A stretch of 64,000 nucleotides of DNA from Bacteroidales bacterium (lineage in GTDB: Bacteria > Bacteroidota > Bacteroidia > Bacteroidales > UBA4417). Positions 49,814-58,400 of the stretch are shown piece after piece. The notes under the pieces are model-generated. The model ran no database searches, was not told where the DNA came from, and worked only from the letters and a program-made list of their open reading frames with translations. The position numbers were made by a program, and so were the translations under genes. The stretch covers positions 103 to 64,102 of the forward strand of contig JBBSDC010000001.1 of the NCBI GenBank assembly GCA_038249705.1, written 5' to 3'. Each line of letters starts with the position of its first letter. Position 1 is the stretch's first letter.

Positions 49814-51079
49814 TTAAACGTTGTCTGGAAGAATGTCCGAATAAGGCATTTCAAGTTGCTTTATATCCTGTATAGCGCTTCCTGCAATTCCTTTAATTGA
49901 TCCATACATATCAATGGTATTGTCAATAACTTTTTCAATTTGTTTCTCGCGCATTTTCCAGTTTTTTTGCATGGAGCGTTTCTCACTGTCCAAATCTATC
50001 TTCATCTGCGTAAAACCTTCAACAATTGCTTCTATCTGCATGTGAAATGTATTGCTCGTCAGATAGTCGTATAATATCACCATCTTGTCACCTTTATTTT
50101 CCTGCGATGCTACTGCATTACTTATCTGAACGATAGCTTCACGCAATACTTTACACAATCCTTTAAATTCGTCATATGTACATATCCATATACCTTCTTT
50201 CAAACCCATGCGATCAAGGTCCGAGGGTAAAACTTCGGTAACCAGTACACCTATATTTGCACCTCTAATACGTATATCTGTCTTAAATTTTTCTATCCAG
50301 GAAGGCTGAAAGTCTTTGGTACGCTTGCTTTCATAGTAAATAGTTCCGCAATTCTGCCGGGTACGTGTATTTACTGTTTGTATACAATCTCCTCCTCGGG
50401 CACCTTTTTTGATTTCTTCAATGCTATCGAGTGGAAAATTTGCTGCCAACCACTCCTCAATAGCAAGTTCCTGCACTTCACCCTGCAATTGCATGGAACC
50501 CTGCTCCTGCTTTCGTTTCATTTCCTCCGTGAGACGCTTCTGATCTTCTAATTGTTTTTGTAATTCCCTAATTGCTAATTCATTACGATCCTGTTCGTAT
50601 TTTCTTATTTTTTCTTTTTCATCTATGAGTTTTTGATTCAGAATGCGTTCAGCTTCAGCCATTACACTTTCTTTAAGCTCGTCTTTTTCGCGTTTCAGTC
50701 GTTCAATTTCTGCTTTGCTACGACTAAGTTCCTTCAGCTTTTCCGATTGCTCCTGCAAATCTTTCTGCATAGCTGCAACCTGTTCCGATTGCTCTTCATA
50801 GAGTTTAGCTTTGATCTGTTTTTCAAGCAGGATTTTTTCCTCTTTTAGCTTGAGCTGCAATTTCTCCTGGAAAAGCTCATTTTCTTTCTGCTTTTTCTTT
50901 TCAAACTCCTCTTTTTGCAAATTCAGGTTTTCCAGTTCATGATCATACTTTTTCTTCTCAATAGCAAGCTGAGCAGTATATTTCTTTCTAAAATCATGCT
51001 CCAGTTGGTGATAAAGAATTTCGTTAACATTTATTTCGGCTCCGCATTTTGGGCATTCTATTTTAGTTTCCTGTTCCAT
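49814..51079 (-). CDS. DUF2130-like protein: N-terminal zinc-ribbon, long coiled coil, C-terminal globular domain
   Basis: Begins MEQETKIECPKCGAEINV... from the ATG at 51079; the track's upstream extension is unlikely. A ~200-aa E/K/Q-rich coiled coil is followed by a conserved-looking C-terminal domain (...GGDCIQ...YESKRTK.F...W..K...D......A..GVLV...). Confidence 0.65.
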   Translation of the reverse strand: MEQETKIECPKCGAEINVNEILYHQLEHDFRKKYTAQLAIEKKKYDHELENLNLQKEEFEKKKQKENELFQEKLQLKLKEEKILLEKQIKAKLYEEQSEQVAAMQKDLQEQSEKLKELSRSKAEIERLKREKDELKESVMAEAERILNQKLIDEKEKIRKYEQDRNELAIRELQKQLEDQKRLTEEMKRKQEQGSMQLQGEVQELAIEEWLAANFPLDSIEEIKKGARGGDCIQTVNTRTRQNCGTIYYESKRTKDFQPSWIEKFKTDIRIRGANIGVLVTEVLPSDLDRMGLKEGIWICTYDEFKGLCKVLREAIVQISNAVASQENKGDKMVILYDYLTSNTFHMQIEAIVEGFTQMKIDLDSEKRSMQKNWKMREKQIEKVIDNTIDMYGSIKGIAGSAIQDIKQLEMPYSDILPDNV

Positions 51080-51151
51080 TTTTCTGATCTTGAAATATTT
51101 AAATACTTTATTATGACTATAGAGCCACAACATTTTTGAGCCACTAACTTA

Positions 51152-51180
51152 CAAAAAAAAAGCCTCACAATGCGAGGCTT
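51152..51180 (-). terminator. intrinsic terminator after the small lipoprotein gene
   Basis: On the minus strand, aagcctc-gcattgt-gaggctt is followed by a T9 run. Confidence 0.8.
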
Positions 51181-51199
51181 CAATATGAAGTTATGTAAC

Positions 51200-51607
51200 C
51201 TAAATAGGCTGCACAATCACCAATCTGAAAATTTCAGTATTGGGCCTGATTGTAAAATGGTCGTTTTCATAGTATTCGATTGAGAAAACGCCCCTTTTCA
51301 TTGCATAAATGTAACCACCTTCATAGTTATCATTATAGAAATAAATAGGTACAGGAAGCCACGATTCGCCTGATTTCATGTAAAGACTTACCATACCATT
51401 ATTAATTACATTATCAGTGATTTCGGGCATAGACAAGTCAACAGCAAATCCATATCCGGGATTCCCCTCAATTCCATATTCATCCCACTCTGAACTTTGT
51501 ACAATAAAATCAATTGTTTTCATATCAGCATTTCCACCCTGGTCAGTTTCGCATGATGTTGAAAAAACCGCGATCGCAATAAGCATTAAAAAAGTGAGCT
51601 GTTTCAT
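51200..51607 (-). CDS. small hypothetical lipoprotein
   Basis: 135 aa from the ATG at 51607, with signal peptide and lipobox MKQLTFLMLIAIAVFSTSC. No family recognised. Confidence 0.6.
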   Translation of the reverse strand: MKQLTFLMLIAIAVFSTSCETDQGGNADMKTIDFIVQSSEWDEYGIEGNPGYGFAVDLSMPEITDNVINNGMVSLYMKSGESWLPVPIYFYNDNYEGGYIYAMKRGVFSIEYYENDHFTIRPNTEIFRLVIVQPI

Positions 51608-51761
51608 ATCAGTATTTTTTAGTGTTAAAAAATTAAACATCTCAACAATCATTCCAAAATTTTGATTTTCAGTATCAAATTTCTGAAGAAAACTGATATT
51701 TTTATACAAATCCATGCTATCTAATATTTTGTATTTTTACAAAACCAATTGTTTCCTTTAA

Positions 51762-52766
51762 ATGAAAACGCTTCGACGCATTTTAGTCTTTTTTCTATGT
51801 ATTGTGTTGGTTGTGTTATCAACGGGATTTCTTTTTCCAGGTAAAGTGCATGTAGAGCGAAGTTTGTTAATATCGGTACCTGCCGAAAGCTTATTCGAAC
51901 AGGTTAACATACTTAAAAACTGGATTAACTGGTCACCCTGGTTACTAAAAGATACAGCAGTAACACTTTACTATATAGGACCTGCAAAAGGAGCTGGCGC
52001 ATCAATAACCTGGAATAGCGAAAATCCAGATATTGGTAAAGGCAATGCTTTAATTATTTCCAGTTCTCCATCTGATTCACTTTTTGTTATTCTCAATTTT
52101 GGTAAAAATGGCAAAACTTCGAGTACATTCCGTTTTAAAAAAAGTACCGAAGGTACATTAGTTACCTGGTGTCTTGACAGTGATGTAGGTTTGAACCCGG
52201 TATCTAGATGGTTGGGTCTTTTCGCTGACCGAATGGTAGGCCATGATCTGGAATCAGGATTATTGAATCTTGAGGGATTTTTAAAAGTCAATAAAATTGT
52301 AAACGGGTTCGAAATCATTGATATTGATTTACCGGCAAGAGTTTTATTAACAGTTCGCGATACCGCATCGAATGCAACAATTGAAAAAAAACTGGCATCA
52401 ATGTATGAGATGATTTTCCGGTATTTAAAAAAAGAAGGCCTCTCCCCTACCAGTGCACCTTTAACTATATATCACAATTATACACCTGATTCTTATGATA
52501 TAGAAACCTGTATTCCAATATTGTCAGCTATCGTAACACCCGATGGCATTAACTGCGTAGAAACACAACCACAAAATGCAATAATGGTCAGATATTTCGG
52601 AACGCGCACTTTAATCAGCAATGCCTATTCCGCAATGCAAATATACCTGAATAACAGCAGTATAGTTGCTTCAGGCCCTACTTGGGAAGAATATATTACC
52701 AACCCAAATCTGGAAGCCGATTCAAATGCAAGGCAGACAAATATCTATTTTCCCGTAGCAAAGTAA
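51762..52766 (+). CDS. membrane-anchored SRPBCC-like / GyrI-like (small-molecule binding) fusion protein
   Basis: 334 aa with an N-terminal TM helix and a START/SRPBCC-like middle region. The C-terminal ~150 aa resemble GyrI-like effector-binding domains. The assignment is tentative. Confidence 0.5.
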   Translation: MKTLRRILVFFLCIVLVVLSTGFLFPGKVHVERSLLISVPAESLFEQVNILKNWINWSPWLLKDTAVTLYYIGPAKGAGASITWNSENPDIGKGNALIISSSPSDSLFVILNFGKNGKTSSTFRFKKSTEGTLVTWCLDSDVGLNPVSRWLGLFADRMVGHDLESGLLNLEGFLKVNKIVNGFEIIDIDLPARVLLTVRDTASNATIEKKLASMYEMIFRYLKKEGLSPTSAPLTIYHNYTPDSYDIETCIPILSAIVTPDGINCVETQPQNAIMVRYFGTRTLISNAYSAMQIYLNNSSIVASGPTWEEYITNPNLEADSNARQTNIYFPVAK

Positions 52767-52955
52767 CTCACCCAATAACTTCGTAATACATTATCTGAGC
52801 TAATATTTCCTGTCTGTTTCTTTTGTTAATTTCCCCTAATAAGAAATGTTGTCAGAATAAAACAGAGCTTGAGCAAAAAACTTTTTCAATTTGGTGATTT
52901 ATTTCTTAATTTGCATGAATAATAGTCAAAGAACAGAAACTAAGAACTTAAATAT

Positions 52956-54983
52956 ATGACAGATAACTCAGAAAAATTGCCTCGGATTATACAATTAGAT
53001 CCTTGGCTTGAGCAAGTTGCTGATGATATTATTGCCAGGCACGAAAGGTTCAAGACTAAACTTGATCAAATAGAATCGTTTGCAGGCGATATTGAAAAAT
53101 TTTCACTTGCATATGAATACATGGGATTTCATTTTATCCCATCAGAAGACTGTTGGGTGTACCGCGAATGGGCACCTTCTGCTCACGGACTATTTTTGAC
53201 CGGCGATTTCAACAGGTGGAATAATTATTCGCATCCGCTTCAGAAAAAGGAAAATGGTGTCTGGGAAATAAAACTGAATGCAGAATACTATAAGACTGTT
53301 TTTACCCATGGCAGCAAAGTTAAGGTGCTGGTAAAAAGCGATATAGGTGACAAACTTCGGATTCCTGCTTATATAAACAGGGTAATTCAGGATGAGGATA
53401 CAAAAAATTTTAGTGGACAGCTTTGGTTTTCGCCTCCATTCGATTGGAGAAATGATGATTTCAAAATCGGGAAACTGGGTGAACTCTTTATTTACGAAGC
53501 TCATGTAGGCATGTCACAGGAAAAGGAAGGTTTGGGAACTTACATCGAGTTTACCGAGAATATTCTGCCAAGGATAAAAAAAGCAGGATATAACGCAGTT
53601 CAACTTATGGCAATACAAGAGCATCCCTATTATGGCTCTTTTGGTTACCATGTTTCAAACTTTTTTGCACCTTCATCAAGGTTTGGAACTCCCGAAGACC
53701 TTAAAAGCCTGATTCTTACAGCTCATAGTATGGGAATAGCTGTTATTATGGATCTGGTGCATTCGCATACGGTAAAAAATCTGAACGAAGGATTAAATCA
53801 ATTTGATGGCAGCGAAACTCAATATTTTCATGCAGGGGAGCGCGGTTTACACCCAAATTGGGATTCGAAATTATTCGATTACGGAAAAACAGAGGTTTTA
53901 CAGTTTCTTTTGTCAAACATCCAATACTGGCTGAAAGAATTCCATTTTGATGGCTTTCGGTTCGATGGAGTTGGCTCCATGCTCTATTTCCATCATGGCG
54001 ATGAAACAATTGATAGTATTGATAAATATTTCAAACAGGGTGTTGAATTTGATGCCATTACATATTTGCAGTTAGCTAATCACCTTGCGCATCGTATTAA
54101 TCCTCAGTTCGTTACTATCGCCGAGGATGTTTCAGGAATGCCGGGACTTACATCACCTATTGAAGATGGAGGAATTGGCTTTAATTTCAGGCTGGGTATG
54201 GGAATTCCTGATTTCTGGATTAAATACCTTAAAGATGTACCTGATGAACAATGGAGCATGGCCGAAATGTGGCAGGTATTAAATGACAGATTGCCATATG
54301 TTAAAACGGTTACTTATTGTGAATCTCACGATCAGGCTTTGGTTGGTGATAAAACAATAGCTTTCAGGCTCATGGATAAGGAAATGTATTATAATATGCA
54401 ATCCTCCACTGAAAATCTGGTTGTAGAACGCGGAATTGCTTTACATAAAATGATACGGCTTATTACCATATCAATGGGTGGACAAGCCTACCTGAATTTT
54501 ATGGGTAATGAATTTGGACACCCTGAATGGATTGATTTTCCGCGGGAAGGGAATAACTGGAGCTATTTACATGCCCGCCGACAATGGTCGCTTATGGATA
54601 ATCCTCTGCTCAGGTATCATTATCTTTCTGATTTTGATCGTGCTATGATTAAAACAATTAAGGATGCAAAGCTTTTGAACACGTTGTTTGCCAAGCAGAT
54701 CAATTGCGATGAAAACAATAAATGCATGGTTTATGAAAGAGCAGGATTGGTATTTTTATTCAATTTTCATACTTCCGGCTCAATTCCTGGCTACGAATTT
54801 ACAGTTCCTGACGAAGGCACGTATAAAATCATTCTGAACACCGATAATTCAAAGTTTGGTGGTCATGGCAGGATTAATGACGAAATGCAATATCAAACCC
54901 GGTTTGATAAAACTACTTCAACACATAGGATTAGTATTTATTCGACTAACCGCACTGCAATTGTGCTTCAGAAAGTGAAATAA
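52956..54983 (+). CDS. glgB: 1,4-alpha-glucan branching enzyme (GH13)
   Basis: 675 aa with GH13 regions ...DLVHSH..., ...GFRFDGV..., ...IAEDVSG..., ...YCESHDQ.... The size and layout fit the eukaryote-like branching-enzyme type common in Bacteroidota. Confidence 0.9.
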   Translation: MTDNSEKLPRIIQLDPWLEQVADDIIARHERFKTKLDQIESFAGDIEKFSLAYEYMGFHFIPSEDCWVYREWAPSAHGLFLTGDFNRWNNYSHPLQKKENGVWEIKLNAEYYKTVFTHGSKVKVLVKSDIGDKLRIPAYINRVIQDEDTKNFSGQLWFSPPFDWRNDDFKIGKLGELFIYEAHVGMSQEKEGLGTYIEFTENILPRIKKAGYNAVQLMAIQEHPYYGSFGYHVSNFFAPSSRFGTPEDLKSLILTAHSMGIAVIMDLVHSHTVKNLNEGLNQFDGSETQYFHAGERGLHPNWDSKLFDYGKTEVLQFLLSNIQYWLKEFHFDGFRFDGVGSMLYFHHGDETIDSIDKYFKQGVEFDAITYLQLANHLAHRINPQFVTIAEDVSGMPGLTSPIEDGGIGFNFRLGMGIPDFWIKYLKDVPDEQWSMAEMWQVLNDRLPYVKTVTYCESHDQALVGDKTIAFRLMDKEMYYNMQSSTENLVVERGIALHKMIRLITISMGGQAYLNFMGNEFGHPEWIDFPREGNNWSYLHARRQWSLMDNPLLRYHYLSDFDRAMIKTIKDAKLLNTLFAKQINCDENNKCMVYERAGLVFLFNFHTSGSIPGYEFTVPDEGTYKIILNTDNSKFGGHGRINDEMQYQTRFDKTTSTHRISIYSTNRTAIVLQKVK

Positions 54984-55089
54984 GGTACTTTTAAAAAAAA
55001 AAGTTGTTAATTAATTTAAAAAACATACTTTTTTTTCAATTTCTTCCGTATAATTGTACCAATTTTTAGAGTATAAAGCTGTGACTACA

Positions 55090-55407
55090 ATGCAAAACAA
55101 TCGTAAAAAACTGATAATCAATTATGCCAATGTTTCTCCGGAAATATTGGAAGCCATTCGCAAAAAATATCCTTTGGGCTGGATCAATCATACTATCAAA
55201 ATTCCGATGCCTAATGGTGCTTCTTTTTTTGCTATTACTATCGATACCGAGGATGTGAGTTACCTGATAAAGGTTCCTGTTAAAATAGATACCAAGTCGG
55301 ATAAAGACGAAGATTTCTTCGATTCAGCGCTTGATATGAAAGAAACAGACGAGAAAGAAGAAGAGGAAGATGAAGAAAAAGAAAAGCGACAGGATTCGGA
55401 TGAATAA
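55090..55407 (+). CDS. small hypothetical protein with a poly-acidic C-terminal tail
   Basis: 105 aa from the ATG at 55090 (MQNNRKKLIINYANVSPEILEAIRKKYP...). The tail is ...DEKEEEEDEEKEKRQDSDE. No family recognised. Confidence 0.5.
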   Translation: MQNNRKKLIINYANVSPEILEAIRKKYPLGWINHTIKIPMPNGASFFAITIDTEDVSYLIKVPVKIDTKSDKDEDFFDSALDMKETDEKEEEEDEEKEKRQDSDE

Positions 55408-55525
55408 TTAAATTCTTCTTAACATCTTTTAACAAGAAATTTAAATGATTATTTGTGAGATAATTATACTTTAGCCCAGTAAATAAAAGCAGTATTTTTT
55501 CACTTGCAGATAATTAAAAAACATT

Positions 55526-55561
55526 AAAAGAGAGGCATTTCACCTCTCTTTTTTTTTTTTG
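55526..55561 (+). terminator. intrinsic terminator
   Basis: gagagg-catttca-cctctc hairpin followed by a T13 run. Confidence 0.85.
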
Positions 55562-55653
55562 CCCGGCAGATAATTATTGATTACCGTTTTTGAAATCATT
55601 TTCACAAAATAAGTGAACAGTGTTTCGCTCTGAAAGTTAGGCGCAGCGAAAAG

Positions 55654-57468
55654 TTAACCTACTATCACATTTATTTCCGAATACCTGTATTTAGTATAAA
55701 CAATTCGTTTTGTAATTGCGAAAGCGAGTGTGAGAGTCCCAATTCTGCCAATGTACATCGTAAGTATTATAATGCTTTTACCTGTATCAGATAATGAAGA
55801 AGTTATGCCAGTTGATAAGCCTACTGTTCCAAAAGCTGATATTTCTTCAAAAAGCAGACTTACAAGATCTATGTCGGGTTCGGACACAGAAAGGAAAAAG
55901 GTGGAAATGAAAATAAGTGAAATTGAGAAAAGAGCAATCGAATAAGCCCTGCTTATGGTACTGTTGCTAATGGTGTGTTTAACAATTTCAACATTTGGCT
56001 TCCCTCTTATCGTGCTAATAGCCGATCGGAGCAATACCGAAAATGTTGTAGTTTTAATACCCCCACCAGTTGAACCAGGTGAAGCACCAATAAACATAAG
56101 GAACATCATAAAGAAAAGAACAGGTTGACCTAAATGGGTAAAATCCACTGAATTAAACCCTGCGGTGCGGCATGTAATTGACTGAAAAAGAGAGGAAACA
56201 AAGCTTCCATATATTCCGTAACCAGAAATAGAATGCCGAAATTCAACCAGGTAAAAAATAATTGTACCTGCAGCAATCAGAATACCAGATGTATAGAGGG
56301 CTATTCGTGAATGTGCCTGCAATCTTTTCCATTTTATCTTCCTGCGCTCTCTGATATTCCTTAACGCAAAAATATCTTCGAGAACTATAAAACCGATTCC
56401 ACCTAAAAATATCAATACGGCAATCACCAATTGTAAATTGTAAGCATGTCTGACCGAAATATCGAACATGTTATCAGTAAACAATGCAAACCCCGCGTTA
56501 TTGAAAGCTGAAACAGCGTGAAAAACAGAGAAATATATTTTCTCCCCCAGCCCATTAAAATGTAATTCGTTTGGCCATGTCATGAAGAGGAATGAAGCTC
56601 CTGTAATTTCAATGAAAATGCTGTAAATGAAAATCCTGCGTAAAAGTCCGCGTGTATCACTTAGTTTATCGGACGATACAATATCTTTAATCAAGGATTG
56701 CATCCTTATGCCTCCTGAATTCCGGTAAAATGAAGCAAAAAGTGTGGCGAACGCAATAATATTTAAACCACCAAGCTGCATTAACAACATTAATACTGTT
56801 TTCCCTTTGAGTGTAAAACAAGTTGCTGTATCAACTACGGTTAATCCTGTAACGCAACATGCACTTGTTGATGTAAAAAACGCATCAATTTGACTTATGC
56901 CACTCACAGTCATTTCTGGTAACAATAATAAACCGGTGCCGGATGCAATCAGTAATATGAAAGATAACGTAAGCAAACCCGATGGACCTATATGTATATA
57001 ATCGATAAATCGTCCGGCTTTGCCAAGCTCAATTACAATAATGAGGAAAAAATAAAACTGAATAAAAAGATTATAATAAGTGTGAATTCCTGGAAAACCA
57101 ATAGCCGTAACAAACTGCTGAATAATATGTGTACCTGTTAAAGCATTTACTAGTTGATCAAAAGCTATGAGAGAGAGTAAAATTGCTTCAAATCTGTTTT
57201 CCTTTATGAAATCTATTGGGTGGAATTCGTAAAAAATCCTCACCAGAAACTTCAGCACATAAAATATCAGACTTATTCTGATAATGGAATTTGAAAGTTG
57301 TAAGCTGTTAATTGTTTGCGGGAATCCATGTTGGTGTATTATTGCAGTGATTGCAATGAGAGATACAATAATGCTTGCAATATGCAGAGCCCGAACAACA
57401 TACGACCTGTGTTTGTAGAGCCTGATATTAATAAATTCTCTGATCCGAAAGACCTTGTCCCTTAGCAT
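55654..57468 (-). CDS. trkH: TrkH/KtrB-family potassium transporter membrane subunit (long form)
   Basis: 604 aa, polytopic, with repeated selectivity-filter-like segments (...TSACCVTGL..., ...AFNNAGF..., ...CRTAGFN..., ...FGTVGLS...). It lies 4 nt downstream of trkA. Confidence 0.88.
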   Translation of the reverse strand: MLRDKVFRIREFINIRLYKHRSYVVRALHIASIIVSLIAITAIIHQHGFPQTINSLQLSNSIIRISLIFYVLKFLVRIFYEFHPIDFIKENRFEAILLSLIAFDQLVNALTGTHIIQQFVTAIGFPGIHTYYNLFIQFYFFLIIVIELGKAGRFIDYIHIGPSGLLTLSFILLIASGTGLLLLPEMTVSGISQIDAFFTSTSACCVTGLTVVDTATCFTLKGKTVLMLLMQLGGLNIIAFATLFASFYRNSGGIRMQSLIKDIVSSDKLSDTRGLLRRIFIYSIFIEITGASFLFMTWPNELHFNGLGEKIYFSVFHAVSAFNNAGFALFTDNMFDISVRHAYNLQLVIAVLIFLGGIGFIVLEDIFALRNIRERRKIKWKRLQAHSRIALYTSGILIAAGTIIFYLVEFRHSISGYGIYGSFVSSLFQSITCRTAGFNSVDFTHLGQPVLFFMMFLMFIGASPGSTGGGIKTTTFSVLLRSAISTIRGKPNVEIVKHTISNSTISRAYSIALFSISLIFISTFFLSVSEPDIDLVSLLFEEISAFGTVGLSTGITSSLSDTGKSIIILTMYIGRIGTLTLAFAITKRIVYTKYRYSEINVIVG

Positions 57469-57471
57469 ACT

Positions 57472-58167
57472 CTATGTATTGATTTCAAGAAACCGGTCAA
57501 TATCATGCACATGTCCAAAAAGTACGAGTCTGTCAGTCGCCTGCAGGGATTGTTTGGAATCGGGAACCCCGATAATATGATGTTCAATAATTTCTTTACC
57601 ATCTTTCATAACTCTCAGTTCTTCCTTTACGGTGATAAGGCTGAGTTTGTATTTATCCCGAAGGTCAATTTCTCCAAAAGTTTTATTAATACAGTTCTTG
57701 GGGCTAAAAAGCTCTACAACACGATGGTTATCAGGCAACTGTAAATAACTTACGATATTTGGATTAAGCATTCGTTCGGCAACTATAATTCCTACTTCTT
57801 CTTCGGGTGACAAAACTTCGGTAATACCCATTTTTTCGAGTATAATTCGTTGAGCTTCACCGTTTGCCCGGGTTATAATTCGCTTCACATTAAGATCAAG
57901 GAGGATTGAAGAGCAAAGTAAACGCTGCTCAAAATCGGAACCAATCGCTACAACAACCGCATCAAATTCCTCAATACCCTGGCCTTGAAGTGCACGTTTA
58001 TCAGTAGCATCTAAAGCCACAGCGTATGCAACATCGTCACCAATACTGTCAATAATTTCGGGGTCATTGTCAATAGCCATTACTTCATATCCCTTTGCAG
58101 AAATAGCTTTTGCAATAGCTTTGCCAAATTGCCCTATGCCGATTACTGCGTATTTATTACTTGCCAT
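57472..58167 (-). CDS. trkA: Trk/Ktr potassium uptake system, RCK (NAD-binding) subunit
   Basis: 231 aa. YAVIGIGQFGKAIA Rossmann GxGxxG motif plus a C-terminal TrkA_C domain. Confidence 0.9.
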   Translation of the reverse strand: MASNKYAVIGIGQFGKAIAKAISAKGYEVMAIDNDPEIIDSIGDDVAYAVALDATDKRALQGQGIEEFDAVVVAIGSDFEQRLLCSSILLDLNVKRIITRANGEAQRIILEKMGITEVLSPEEEVGIIVAERMLNPNIVSYLQLPDNHRVVELFSPKNCINKTFGEIDLRDKYKLSLITVKEELRVMKDGKEIIEHHIIGVPDSKQSLQATDRLVLFGHVHDIDRFLEINT

Positions 58168-58194
58168 GATATTTTGATTGAACTTTTAAAGCGG

Positions 58195-58202
58195 CAAATT
58201 TA
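58195..58202 (-). promoter_or_regulatory. -7 box (TAAATTTG on the minus strand) for trkAH
   Basis: Plus-strand caaattta sits 28 nt upstream (minus sense) of the trkA ATG. It is downstream of the hairpin/U-tract at 58361-58400, so trkAH appears to have its own promoter. Confidence 0.5.
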
Positions 58203-58360
58203 CATTGATTATGGTGAAAATATATGTAAATGCGAAAATATATTATAATTTGATGGGAATTCACTTCTGCTTAATAATGCAATAAATATGGCGTTATTCC
58301 TGATTCGCAGCTTTTGATTATATTATTGATCCAAAATTAAAGTTCTGAGATTACCTTAAT

Positions 58361-58400
58361 AAAAGCAATGGGGAACAATCCTGTCGGATAGTTCCCCATT
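58361..58400 (-). terminator. long hairpin plus U-tract closing the candidate large RNA
   Basis: On the minus strand, AATGGGGAAC (58400-58391) pairs with GTTCCCCATT (58376-58367). An inner ATCC-GACA-GGAT extension follows, and the hairpin is followed by GCTTTTATT. Confidence 0.6.
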
